DNA from: an uncultured Acidobacteriota bacterium
GTDB taxonomy: Bacteria > Acidobacteriota > UBA6911
NCBI GenBank assembly: GCA_963721405.1
Contig: CAVRJA010000014.1
Span: 909,691 to 973,690, forward strand
Direction of reading: 5' to 3'
Length of the DNA stretch: 64,000 nucleotides
Part shown: positions 41,934-49,991 of the stretch, one piece after another
How the letters are laid out: each line of letters begins with the position of its first letter
How positions within the stretch are numbered: position 1 is the stretch's first letter
Notes under the pieces: generated by a model
What the model saw: only the letters and a program-made list of their open reading frames with translations
Database searches by the model: none
What the model was told of the DNA's origin: nothing
Program-made: the position numbers and the translations under genes

Positions 41934-42536
41934 TTACTTGCCGCTCTTTTCAATCTCCTTCTGGATCGCCGAAAGATCCTTGTCGATCTCTTCGTCGATG
42001 CCTGATCGTTCCTCGTGAGCGACCTCTTCCTCAAGCATCTTGTCGATGTCGGCGTCGCTCACCAGCTGGCCCTCGGAACTGCCTTCGTAGTCGAACATCG
42101 ATTCGGATGTCATCTCCAGGAATGTGTCTACCCGCTCTTCGAGGTTCTCCGCCTGAGACATCGCCTTCTCGAAGTTGACCTGCGTCTTGGCCATGTCCGT
42201 CGCGCCAAAGACCTCGGAAATTGACTTCGAGAGCGAGTTCATCGCGTTGGCGAACTCAAAGTGGCCCTCCGCCTGTTCTTTGATCTGCACGGCGGACTCG
42301 AGGGCAAGCATCTGCCGCTCGAGCCGGACCTTGATCGTCGCCGTCTTCTTGATTGCCTTCTTGAGGAACTCGTATTGATTGTTCCAGCCGAGCTTTTTGG
42401 CCCGTTTTGCCTTCTCGATGTAGTCGGATTCGTGCTTGGTATTGGCAGCGATCTGGCGTTTGATCTGAGTGACGGCCTTCCGGATCTGAATGTTCCGTTC
42501 GATGCGCCGTTCCTCCTTGGACTTGAAGAGACTCAT
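41934..42536 (-). CDS. Snf7/ESCRT-III-like coiled-coil protein (paralog 3, CHMP1/Did2-like layout)
   Basis: MSLFKSKEERRIERNIQIRKAV... has a basic N-terminus. MAKTQVNFEKAMSQAENLEERVDTF resembles CHMP1 alpha4-5. Acidic C-terminus with DIDKMLEEE...IDEEIDKDLSAIQKEIEK (MIM1-like). Confidence 0.7.
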   Translation of the reverse strand: MSLFKSKEERRIERNIQIRKAVTQIKRQIAANTKHESDYIEKAKRAKKLGWNNQYEFLKKAIKKTATIKVRLERQMLALESAVQIKEQAEGHFEFANAMNSLSKSISEVFGATDMAKTQVNFEKAMSQAENLEERVDTFLEMTSESMFDYEGSSEGQLVSDADIDKMLEEEVAHEERSGIDEEIDKDLSAIQKEIEKSGK

Positions 42537-42556
42537 GGGACCTTCCTTTCCCCCTC

Positions 42557-43435
42557 CTAATGACTCATCCTTTCCACGATACTTGCAATGCGATAGTTGT
42601 AGTAACCGCTTCCCGCCAGGGCGAGGATCAGGATGCCGGCGGTCCAGATCGTCGGGATCCAGAAGCCGGTCAACAGAAGAGCCAACAGCATGTCCACGAT
42701 AGTGTAGCCGAGAAGGGTTGCCAGGTTCAGGATGTTCGACTCCTCGGAGATCAGCCGGCGGATCAGCGGGATCGTCAGCAGAGGCAGCAGCAGCGCAAAA
42801 ACGATCCAGACGAAAATCCTGCGTCCTTTGGAGCTGTCCGCGATGCGTGCGCGCCAGTAGGAACTCAGGATCAGGCTGCCGCCCATTTCTTCCGCAAACG
42901 TCTGGGCGAAGATCGCCTGGCCGGTCGCGCGCTCCGCGACGCGCAGTTCCAGCTTGAGCGTGCCTGTTCTCTCCTTCACATCGTATTCAGGAATCTCGCC
43001 AAACAGGACCAGGTCGACGCCGATCCGGCGTGCGGCAGCGACTGCGTCTTCAAGCCGGGTGACGGAGATGCCCTGGCCGCCGAACTCGCGCAACAGCTTT
43101 CCCAGAAACGGCTCCTCCAGGACCCGGAACTCGCCGGAAGCGGCGATCTTTTCCCGCAGCAGCTTGGTGACATTGCCCTGCCGGTCACCGGCGAGCTCGA
43201 GGACTGCGAGGCTGGGGACCCCTTCCTTTTTCGGCAAGTCTCCTGCGACCTTTGCACACAGCCTCTCGGCGAGATTCCGTTGCATGAATCCCCGGCCATC
43301 TTCTGCCGGGGCAATCAGGTGATATCCCTGGTAGAACATGGAAAGGCCCAACCCGAAGTAGAGAATGGGCTTGACCAATGACCTGCCCAGGAATGAATAC
43401 AACGGGTCCATGATTCGCAGCTGCACCATGGTCAC
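42557..43435 (-). CDS. polytopic membrane protein, first gene of the minus-strand array
   Basis: N-terminal TM pair, a soluble middle domain and three or four C-terminal TM helices. An AT-richer 250-bp region upstream (43436..43690) probably carries a promoter. Confidence 0.55.
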   Translation of the reverse strand: MTMVQLRIMDPLYSFLGRSLVKPILYFGLGLSMFYQGYHLIAPAEDGRGFMQRNLAERLCAKVAGDLPKKEGVPSLAVLELAGDRQGNVTKLLREKIAASGEFRVLEEPFLGKLLREFGGQGISVTRLEDAVAAARRIGVDLVLFGEIPEYDVKERTGTLKLELRVAERATGQAIFAQTFAEEMGGSLILSSYWRARIADSSKGRRIFVWIVFALLLPLLTIPLIRRLISEESNILNLATLLGYTIVDMLLALLLTGFWIPTIWTAGILILALAGSGYYNYRIASIVERMSH

Positions 43436-43899
43436 GCTCGCACGAAGGATGGATGCACCGGGACTGCGGGGATCGTGCCTTTCCGTATGCGCACGAATAC
43501 AAACAATGCGGATGTGTTTGTTTTTGCAATCGGTCGGGTGCAGCTCAATCCTGACAGGAGGCGCATTGTTGCACCAACGGATTTGAGTGAGATGCCGGGA
43601 ATCAATCTTGCTGCCTAATCTTTATAGGTTCAACGCAGGCAAACCGTCAAGCAGAAAGCGGTTTACGACGCACCCGCCGCAAGGGCTCTGCGGTGATATT
43701 TAATATCTGCGCCTTGACCGTATGCGCCCGCCATTGTCCGGAATGTCTTTCTCCCACGACGGCACCCGCGATACGGTGTAATATGGGGCCCGGCGGTGGA
43801 AGTTCCGCCCGCACGCTCGGACAGCGGTCAAGTGATCGAGGTGAATCGGGGGAAGTAGATCGACCGGTAATAGATTTGGCCGGGATGAAAGGGGCCATA

Positions 43900-45060
43900 A
43901 TGATAAAACTGGTCAATGTACACTGTCACCTGCTCAACTATCAGTTTGTTTCGCCCACCTGCTTTAAGACAAGGTCGCACGTCCTGGAATGGATGCTCCG
44001 GAATGGCGGCTCGAGGCCGATTGTTCGACTCGTAGCGGTGTTCACTCCTCGGACGAACCTTCGCTGGCTTTATGAGCTCTATGATCTGATGAGAATGGAC
44101 ATCCGCGAAGTTGCCAGGCGGCTCCGGCAGGAGATGGCTTCGGCCGACATCCAGCTGGCCGTCCCTCTCATCATGGACGTAGGCGGTGCGGCCTTCACCG
44201 AATCCCCGCAGTTTCCTTTCAATTTTCAGACCAGGATTGTCTCGGAGATCTCTCTGGAGCATCTCGGGGCAATCATCCCGTTCGTAATGGTGGACCCGAG
44301 GCGCAATCGGGCGTCGGATTCGTTGATTCGCTGCCTCGAGGAGCAGGGTTTCCTCGGAGTAAAAATGTATCCGGCCCTCGGTTATCATCCCGATCCCGAT
44401 TCGGTCTACAATGATCCACAGACAAACGAAGAACTGTCCAAGATCTACGCCTACTGCGAAAACCACCGGGTACCGATGACGACGCACTGTTCACCCGGAG
44501 GAGCGTACAGCGCCGACATCATGAAAGACAAGGCGGTGCGCGCCGAGTTCACCAGACCGGGCAGTTGGGCCGGGGTTCTGAAGAAACACCCGAATCTCTA
44601 TCTCGATCTGGCTCACTTCGGGCAGGATCTCGAGCGCATCGATGATCCGAAGTCATGGTCGAACGGGATACGCGAGCTGATACGCACTTACCCCGGCGTG
44701 TACACCGACCTTGCGTACAACAAACACGCGCTGGAGGCCCGGACCAGCCCGGCGTACTTCGAAGCTCTGGCCAGGATCATCGACAACGACCGGATTCTGG
44801 GGGACAGGGTGCTTTTCGGCACCGACTGGTCTATGACGCGCCACACCTGGAAGGAGACCGAATATGTGAAGCCGTTCCTGCGATTGGGGGAAGAGAGGCT
44901 TCGCCGGATTGCGTTTGAGAACCCGCTCGATTTCATGTTTCCGGCAAGAAGATATCCGGAGCGGATGGCGCGATTTCTGAAAAGCGGCGGCAAGAGCGTC
45001 TCTGACCTGCCCAAATGGCTGATCGCGAATCTGAACTTTGCAGGGATTGCCGCGAAATAG
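43900..45060 (+). CDS. amidohydrolase-family (TIM-barrel metal-dependent hydrolase) protein
   Basis: MIKLVNVHCHL is the H-x-H metal site at the N-terminus. Later FGTDW and HF..D motifs. Start chosen at 43900 (AAAGGGG RBS); 43885 is an alternative. Confidence 0.75.
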   Translation: MIKLVNVHCHLLNYQFVSPTCFKTRSHVLEWMLRNGGSRPIVRLVAVFTPRTNLRWLYELYDLMRMDIREVARRLRQEMASADIQLAVPLIMDVGGAAFTESPQFPFNFQTRIVSEISLEHLGAIIPFVMVDPRRNRASDSLIRCLEEQGFLGVKMYPALGYHPDPDSVYNDPQTNEELSKIYAYCENHRVPMTTHCSPGGAYSADIMKDKAVRAEFTRPGSWAGVLKKHPNLYLDLAHFGQDLERIDDPKSWSNGIRELIRTYPGVYTDLAYNKHALEARTSPAYFEALARIIDNDRILGDRVLFGTDWSMTRHTWKETEYVKPFLRLGEERLRRIAFENPLDFMFPARRYPERMARFLKSGGKSVSDLPKWLIANLNFAGIAAK

Positions 45061-45080
45061 TTACTCACCGGAGTCTGCTT

Positions 45081-45719
45081 CTATTCCCAGGATCCGCGAT
45101 TCACTGTCCAGCGGCTGTGTGCAATTCGGTCCTCAAAGACCATCGTGTTGTCATCCACGACGGTATAGAAGTAGGTCCAGCTGGTAATCCAGGTCATTTT
45201 CTGCCCGTTGTACACCTTGGGCTCATGGTCCTGAACGACGAAGTGGATGTAGCCGTCGCCGGTCTGATACGTTCCCACGTCATAAGTCATCAGATACCCG
45301 AGGAAAGCCTGCTGCGAGAACTTTTTTGCGTCGTCGAGAATCAGCTCGGTCCTCATGATGCCGTATTGCGTCTGGACCTGCGAATTCCAGATGCCGGAGA
45401 GCGGGAACTGGCCGGGCTGGGCCTGTTCCGCCCCAAGGGCAGGCTGGGACTGTTTCATCCGGGCAAAGGCCTGAGATGCCGGCTGCCTGGGAGGGATGTT
45501 TGAATCGGCAGCCGTATCCGCGGGCCCCGCGCCTCTGCCGACTGCCTGTGAAACGGGCGCCGCGGGCTGAGAACGCGCGGAAGGGCCTGCCTCCTGTGAG
45601 CCGAAAAAGGAAAGGCATTTCTTGCAGAGATGCTTTCCGAAGTGGCCCAGAATCTGGCTGCACTCGCCCTCGTCCCCCTCGGGGCACCTGTGTTTCACCG
45701 GGCAAAAACTGAGAACCAT
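45081..45719 (-). CDS. Cys-rich protein with N-terminal CxxxHxCxEGxEGEC...GHFGKHLCKKC motif (paralog of 22672..23121)
   Basis: Start trimmed to the Met giving MVLSFCPVKHRCPEGDEGECSQILGHFGKHLCKKCLSFF. C-terminal globular beta-rich domain. Confidence 0.5.
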   Translation of the reverse strand: MVLSFCPVKHRCPEGDEGECSQILGHFGKHLCKKCLSFFGSQEAGPSARSQPAAPVSQAVGRGAGPADTAADSNIPPRQPASQAFARMKQSQPALGAEQAQPGQFPLSGIWNSQVQTQYGIMRTELILDDAKKFSQQAFLGYLMTYDVGTYQTGDGYIHFVVQDHEPKVYNGQKMTWITSWTYFYTVVDDNTMVFEDRIAHSRWTVNRGSWE

Positions 45720-45994
45720 CGCCCCCTCCTTCGCTTTGAAGAGGCAGCGGCTGCGATCGCCGGAGCCACGCGCGCGACCGCCGCATCCCGCAACAGCAGA
45801 TGCCACGGCAGTCGGCGCCTCACGTCTTCCGGTGTTTGGATCACCCTACCACGAGCAACAGCAATTATCATCATGCTTTTTCTGTGATCCAGCGCCGTCT
45901 TATTTTCCAGGATGGCCGCCTGCTGTTCCCGGATAGTCTTTGCCTGTTCCGCGAGCTGAAGCGTCAGTTCCTCGATCTCCTCCATCAGTTTCAC
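45695..45994 (-). CDS. hypothetical small coiled-coil protein (low confidence)
   Basis: MKLMEEIEELTLQLAEQAKTIREQQAAILENKTALDHRK... Overlaps neighbours by 4 nt (ATGA) upstream and 25 nt downstream. Confidence 0.25.
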   Translation of the reverse strand: MKLMEEIEELTLQLAEQAKTIREQQAAILENKTALDHRKSMMIIAVARGRVIQTPEDVRRRLPWHLLLRDAAVARVAPAIAAAASSKRRRGRWFSVFAR

Positions 45995-46395
45995 GTTGTC
46001 CGGAACGTTTGCCGCCGGCTTGTCGCCGCAGGACGGGTAATTGTCCGGGCCGGAAACCCGTGCCCTCCCGGAAGCCTGCGTGGATCTCCGGTCGCAGGAT
46101 GACAGACATACAAAGCGACCGACCGCTCCAGGATCGATCCTCCGGCCTGTGCGGCGGTCGACAATCTGGCGAGTTCACCGCGAGGCAACACCGACCCGGC
46201 ATAAAGCACCTCATGCCTTGCCCAAGGATCCATCGCGCCCATCTGGGCCTCGTGTTTGCCGACCCACTCGACGTCGTGTTTGCGGCGGGCGACGAGCGCC
46301 TGGTTTCTCGCACCGATCACTGATCCATAATCGGAGGGCAGATCAATCTGATTGAAGCCGGGATGGGAAAACACGTGGGACACAAGAAAATTCAA
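45991..46395 (-). CDS. hypothetical protein (low confidence)
   Basis: 134-aa ORF coupled by an ATGA overlap to the next ORF. No family recognised. Confidence 0.25.
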   Translation of the reverse strand: MNFLVSHVFSHPGFNQIDLPSDYGSVIGARNQALVARRKHDVEWVGKHEAQMGAMDPWARHEVLYAGSVLPRGELARLSTAAQAGGSILERSVALYVCHPATGDPRRLPGGHGFPARTITRPAATSRRQTFRTT

Positions 46396-46583
46396 TGTGA
46401 CTGCCGGCCCGGACGTTTTTCTATCTCGATGGCGCCGTGTGAGCTACAATCGTGCGTGGTCGCGCACGATTCCGGACGAATTTGTCTAAAGATCGCCATT
46501 GAAGCGGATGGGCATGCAGTGGCGAGACCCAGACTTCGGTAGAGAAAGCGATGCTGTCTCCGATATCAGAAGGAGGTGCAGAG

Positions 46584-46829
46584 GTGGACACTCCCAAAAA
46601 GAAGCCGGGCGGGATTGAAGCGGAAGTCGAAGGAAGAATGTCAAAGCTGGAGGAGTCCGTCATGGGCAAACTCCAGAAGGCTTCCACCCGGGGATCGAGG
46701 AACCGAATCAAAGATGAGGGGACGGAAAAATGCTCCGTCCCCTGTCCGTCTTGTCTGACCTTCTGCTGTAAGGACCAGGGCCACTATTACGACCATCTTT
46801 GCCGGTTTTGCGGACTAGCGTGGCATTAG
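46584..46829 (+). CDS. small coiled-coil plus Cys/His-rich zinc-binding protein (paralog of 23379..23627)
   Basis: GTG start preceded by GAAGGAGGTGCAGAG, the same RBS context and spacing as 23379. C-terminus CSVPCPSCLTFCCKDQGHYYDHLCRFCG. Confidence 0.5.
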   Translation: MDTPKKKPGGIEAEVEGRMSKLEESVMGKLQKASTRGSRNRIKDEGTEKCSVPCPSCLTFCCKDQGHYYDHLCRFCGLAWH

Positions 46830-46858
46830 CGTCCGTAACGGCGTCGGCAGCGAAACCC

Positions 46859-47563
46859 TCACTGCCACTCCAACCCCGTGGCAGCGCCCAGGATCGAGAT
46901 CAGCCGGTCCGCGCCCGGCACTTGATGCGTGAAGTCGATTCTGGTATTTCGGGAATAGACGGAATAAATTGTGCCCAGTTGTCCGATCGTCCCCACGGAG
47001 CGCGCTCCCGGCAAGAAGACGTGATGCTCGCGGGCGATCAGGGCCACAACATCTTCCCACTTCATACTCACCGTACGAAAGTATGACCGGGCCGTGATGC
47101 CCTGGGGATCCACCCTCACGTACATGCTCCACTGCCGCAGCGGGCACCAGAAGCAGAGGGCCGCCGCGAGATAGAAGGGCAGGCCGATCGAGCCCCGTCC
47201 GGCCGAAAAAGCACGGGCGACGAGGGTGCCGGACACGAGCAACGAGAGTCCCAGTATGGCGCACAGGCTGATAATCAGGATGCGGCCCTTGGAGTGATTT
47301 GTGATCGGGAAGGTTTCCGCGGGTATCTTGCAGGGGGGAACCGGCCGGGATGAGCCAGCCAACCGGGCCTCGCGGCGACGCCTCGCCGCCACGGGATGAG
47401 TGCCGACATAGCCGGCAGCCAGGAAATATCCCAAAACCAGGCAGATCAGAAACGCGAAAAAGTTAAGCGCGCTGAATTGCCCTTTCGGCGGAGCCAGGAG
47501 CAGGAGCAGAAATGCGCTGACCAGCAGCACTGCGCCCGCGATTCGCGACAGGTAGTCTCTCAT
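46859..47563 (-). CDS. membrane protein with bacterial PH-like C-terminal domain
   Basis: Start trimmed to MRDYLSRIAGAVLLVSAFLLLLL. Three or four TM helices. C-terminal ...ITARSYFRTVSMKWEDVVALIAREHHVF resembles bPH_2 / YdbT-like PH domains. Confidence 0.55.
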   Translation of the reverse strand: MRDYLSRIAGAVLLVSAFLLLLLAPPKGQFSALNFFAFLICLVLGYFLAAGYVGTHPVAARRRREARLAGSSRPVPPCKIPAETFPITNHSKGRILIISLCAILGLSLLVSGTLVARAFSAGRGSIGLPFYLAAALCFWCPLRQWSMYVRVDPQGITARSYFRTVSMKWEDVVALIAREHHVFLPGARSVGTIGQLGTIYSVYSRNTRIDFTHQVPGADRLISILGAATGLEWQ

Positions 47564-47648
47564 GGCTGATCTTGCCGCCCCCACGAAGGAACGGTCACGA
47601 TGCGTCCGGCGACCGATGATTGATCCGGCTGGTTCCCCGCTGAAAGGT

Positions 47649-49004
47649 TCAGAGCAATATCCAACGAAACGGCCACGGTCCGAAAGAAATCTCGGTCTCC
47701 GCACCCAGGCACAATATTTTGCCGGCCGGCAGCACGGCAGCCCCTGCCTTGATCTCACCTTCCGCCCCCAGGCTTTCCAGGTAATAGCGGCCATTCCAAT
47801 AGGACAGGCGGGCGCGAGGAGCCGCCGGCCTTCCCAACTGCAGTCCCGGGGCTGCTCCCGATTCCCATCCCAAATCCATCTTGCGCAGGAGCCAGAGGTA
47901 TTCCTCTTCCGGGCCATTTGCCGGCCGGGAGAAGCCCACCACGTCCCACCGCGAGGAATCGAAGGGGCTGCTGCCGGGATCGAAACGCTGGATTTCCTCG
48001 CGGGTGCGCCTCCATTGCGCATCTTCGGTGCGCGGCGCGCAGGAGAGCTTCAGCTGAAATTCACAGGTTCCTATTTTGATTTCGGCCGCGCCGGCGAGCG
48101 GAACCTCTTCCGATTCCCGGACGAGCTTCCCATTCACGGCCATAAGGGCGTGCCCCTTCTCCGCCATGGTCAGCGCGCATTCCCCTTCGCGGTACCGGAC
48201 GACGAACTGTTCGCCGCTGATGGTCCTGCTCCTCGGATCGTTGAAAAAATCGGGAAGAAAACGAAGGACGGCGTCGTTGATCCTGGGTTCGCGGCCAAAG
48301 CGCACTTCAGGCATCGAGTAGACAAAAATGCGTCGAGGGGACGATGCGTCGAGGGATTCCAGCAGCGCGCGCATGGTGCGAGCCGGCATTTGACCGGCCG
48401 GCGGGGTCAGGATCTGCCTCAACGCCGTGCGCCGGCGCGCAGTTTCCGGCTCATCCAGATCGAGATCGACCCTCATCCAGAAGGGTTCCTTCCGCTCCAT
48501 CCGTTCGTGCAGACGCTCGGGATTTATTTCCCGGCTCTTCCCGGCGCCTCCCAGCAACTCACTCAGGTCATTCCCCATGAACTTCTCAATGTCGTGAATG
48601 TCGAGCGTGAAGCTGGTGTGGGAAGACGTGCCTTCGTTCCTGGATGAAATGGTGACGCTCGTCTGCCCGTGAAATACCAGCGGCAGCCGGTTCTCATCCT
48701 CGGTCCTGACTTCGATCTCCAGCAGCGCCTCGCCGCCTCGCGCAGGCTCAAACCGGAAAGAAGGCTTTTTCTCCGACCGCGGCGCAAGGCTGCTCAGCGA
48801 AACGGTCTTGGTTCTGGCTATTTCGCAGGGACAATCGACGACGAGCTCCAGCGATCTCAGGAGCCGGCCGCCTTGATTTCGGATCCGGAACTCGATCACC
48901 CCCATTTCGTCCGCTTTGTACCTGTGGTTGGTGTTGATTTCAAGCTCTACCGGGGGCCTGATCTCAATGCCGGGCTGCAACTCGTCCATAATCGTGCGCT
49001 CCAT
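47649..49004 (-). CDS. FHA-domain-containing protein
   Basis: FHA-like segment (VRFGREPRINDAVLRF...SRTISGEQFVVRYREGECALTMAEKGHALMAVNGKLV) and a second FHA-like C-terminal module. Start at the internal Met (MERTIMDEL); the listed ORF start at 49439 is unlikely. Confidence 0.6.
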   Translation of the reverse strand: MERTIMDELQPGIEIRPPVELEINTNHRYKADEMGVIEFRIRNQGGRLLRSLELVVDCPCEIARTKTVSLSSLAPRSEKKPSFRFEPARGGEALLEIEVRTEDENRLPLVFHGQTSVTISSRNEGTSSHTSFTLDIHDIEKFMGNDLSELLGGAGKSREINPERLHERMERKEPFWMRVDLDLDEPETARRRTALRQILTPPAGQMPARTMRALLESLDASSPRRIFVYSMPEVRFGREPRINDAVLRFLPDFFNDPRSRTISGEQFVVRYREGECALTMAEKGHALMAVNGKLVRESEEVPLAGAAEIKIGTCEFQLKLSCAPRTEDAQWRRTREEIQRFDPGSSPFDSSRWDVVGFSRPANGPEEEYLWLLRKMDLGWESGAAPGLQLGRPAAPRARLSYWNGRYYLESLGAEGEIKAGAAVLPAGKILCLGAETEISFGPWPFRWILL

Positions 49005-49199
49005 CAGCAAGACCGACTCGCCTTGACGGAGGATTATCCAGATTGAATGCGTTATTGCCTGAAGCACGGGGATTATACACCGGAATCGGCGGCGGGGGAT
49101 TCGACGTGCTTGAAATCCGCTGTCCATGCCGGATGGCAAGCGGTATAGTTGGAACACTGCGTGACTTGAATCATCAACCGGTTCTGTAAGGCGATCAGC

Positions 49200-49991
49200 G
49201 TGCGACGCGGCCGGAGGTTTTGGATCGGTTTGGCTGGGGTGCTGCTGCTTGTCGTGGCTGGCAACTTTGTGCCGGCCGCATGGCAGTGGGGACGCCCTTA
49301 CCTCCTTGGCGATCCGCTGGCGGGATTTCCCCGGGTGTTTCTCTGGGCCTGGGAGCGGCCTGAAAACCTGGAGTTTCTCGACCCCCGCGAGGCAGGCGTG
49401 GCCGTCCTGGCCAAAACGCTGGTGGTGGAGGGCTCGCATGTTTCCGCGCGCCCGCGGTTGCAGCCGATACGGCTGCCTGAGGGAATCGCTGCCATAACCG
49501 TCGTCCGCATCGAAACAGTAGCCGCATCCCTCACGGATGAAGTCCGCAGGGAAGTGGTTCGCCAGATCCTCGAGTCGGCCGGTGCCAACCCTTCCATCGG
49601 CCTCCAGATCGATTTTGACGCCACGGTTTCGGAACGCACTTTCTATCGTGAGTTGCTGACGGAGCTGCCTCAGCGGATGCCGCCGGGAATCCGGTTATCG
49701 ATGACCGCGCTGGCGTCCTGGTGCATCCATGATGACTGGATCTCCAATTTGCCCGTCACGGAGGCGATTCCGATGCTTTTCCGCATGGGTGCAGGTTCTG
49801 GAGAAACAAAAACCTATTTAGAGGACGGCAACGATTTTCGGGTGGCCAAATCCCGCTTCAGCCTGGGGGTAGCCGTGGACGAGCTTCCGAAGATCGCACC
49901 CGGAGGACGAAGGATCTATGCCTTCAATCCCCGGCCCTGGACCAGAGAGTCGGTGGACGTGGTTTTGCGTTATGCAAGGGAGGCGCGATGA
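49200..49991 (+). CDS. hypothetical membrane-anchored protein
   Basis: N-terminal signal anchor (FWIGLAGVLLLVVAGNFV). No family recognised. Stop overlaps the next gene's start. Confidence 0.5.
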   Translation: MRRGRRFWIGLAGVLLLVVAGNFVPAAWQWGRPYLLGDPLAGFPRVFLWAWERPENLEFLDPREAGVAVLAKTLVVEGSHVSARPRLQPIRLPEGIAAITVVRIETVAASLTDEVRREVVRQILESAGANPSIGLQIDFDATVSERTFYRELLTELPQRMPPGIRLSMTALASWCIHDDWISNLPVTEAIPMLFRMGAGSGETKTYLEDGNDFRVAKSRFSLGVAVDELPKIAPGGRRIYAFNPRPWTRESVDVVLRYAREAR

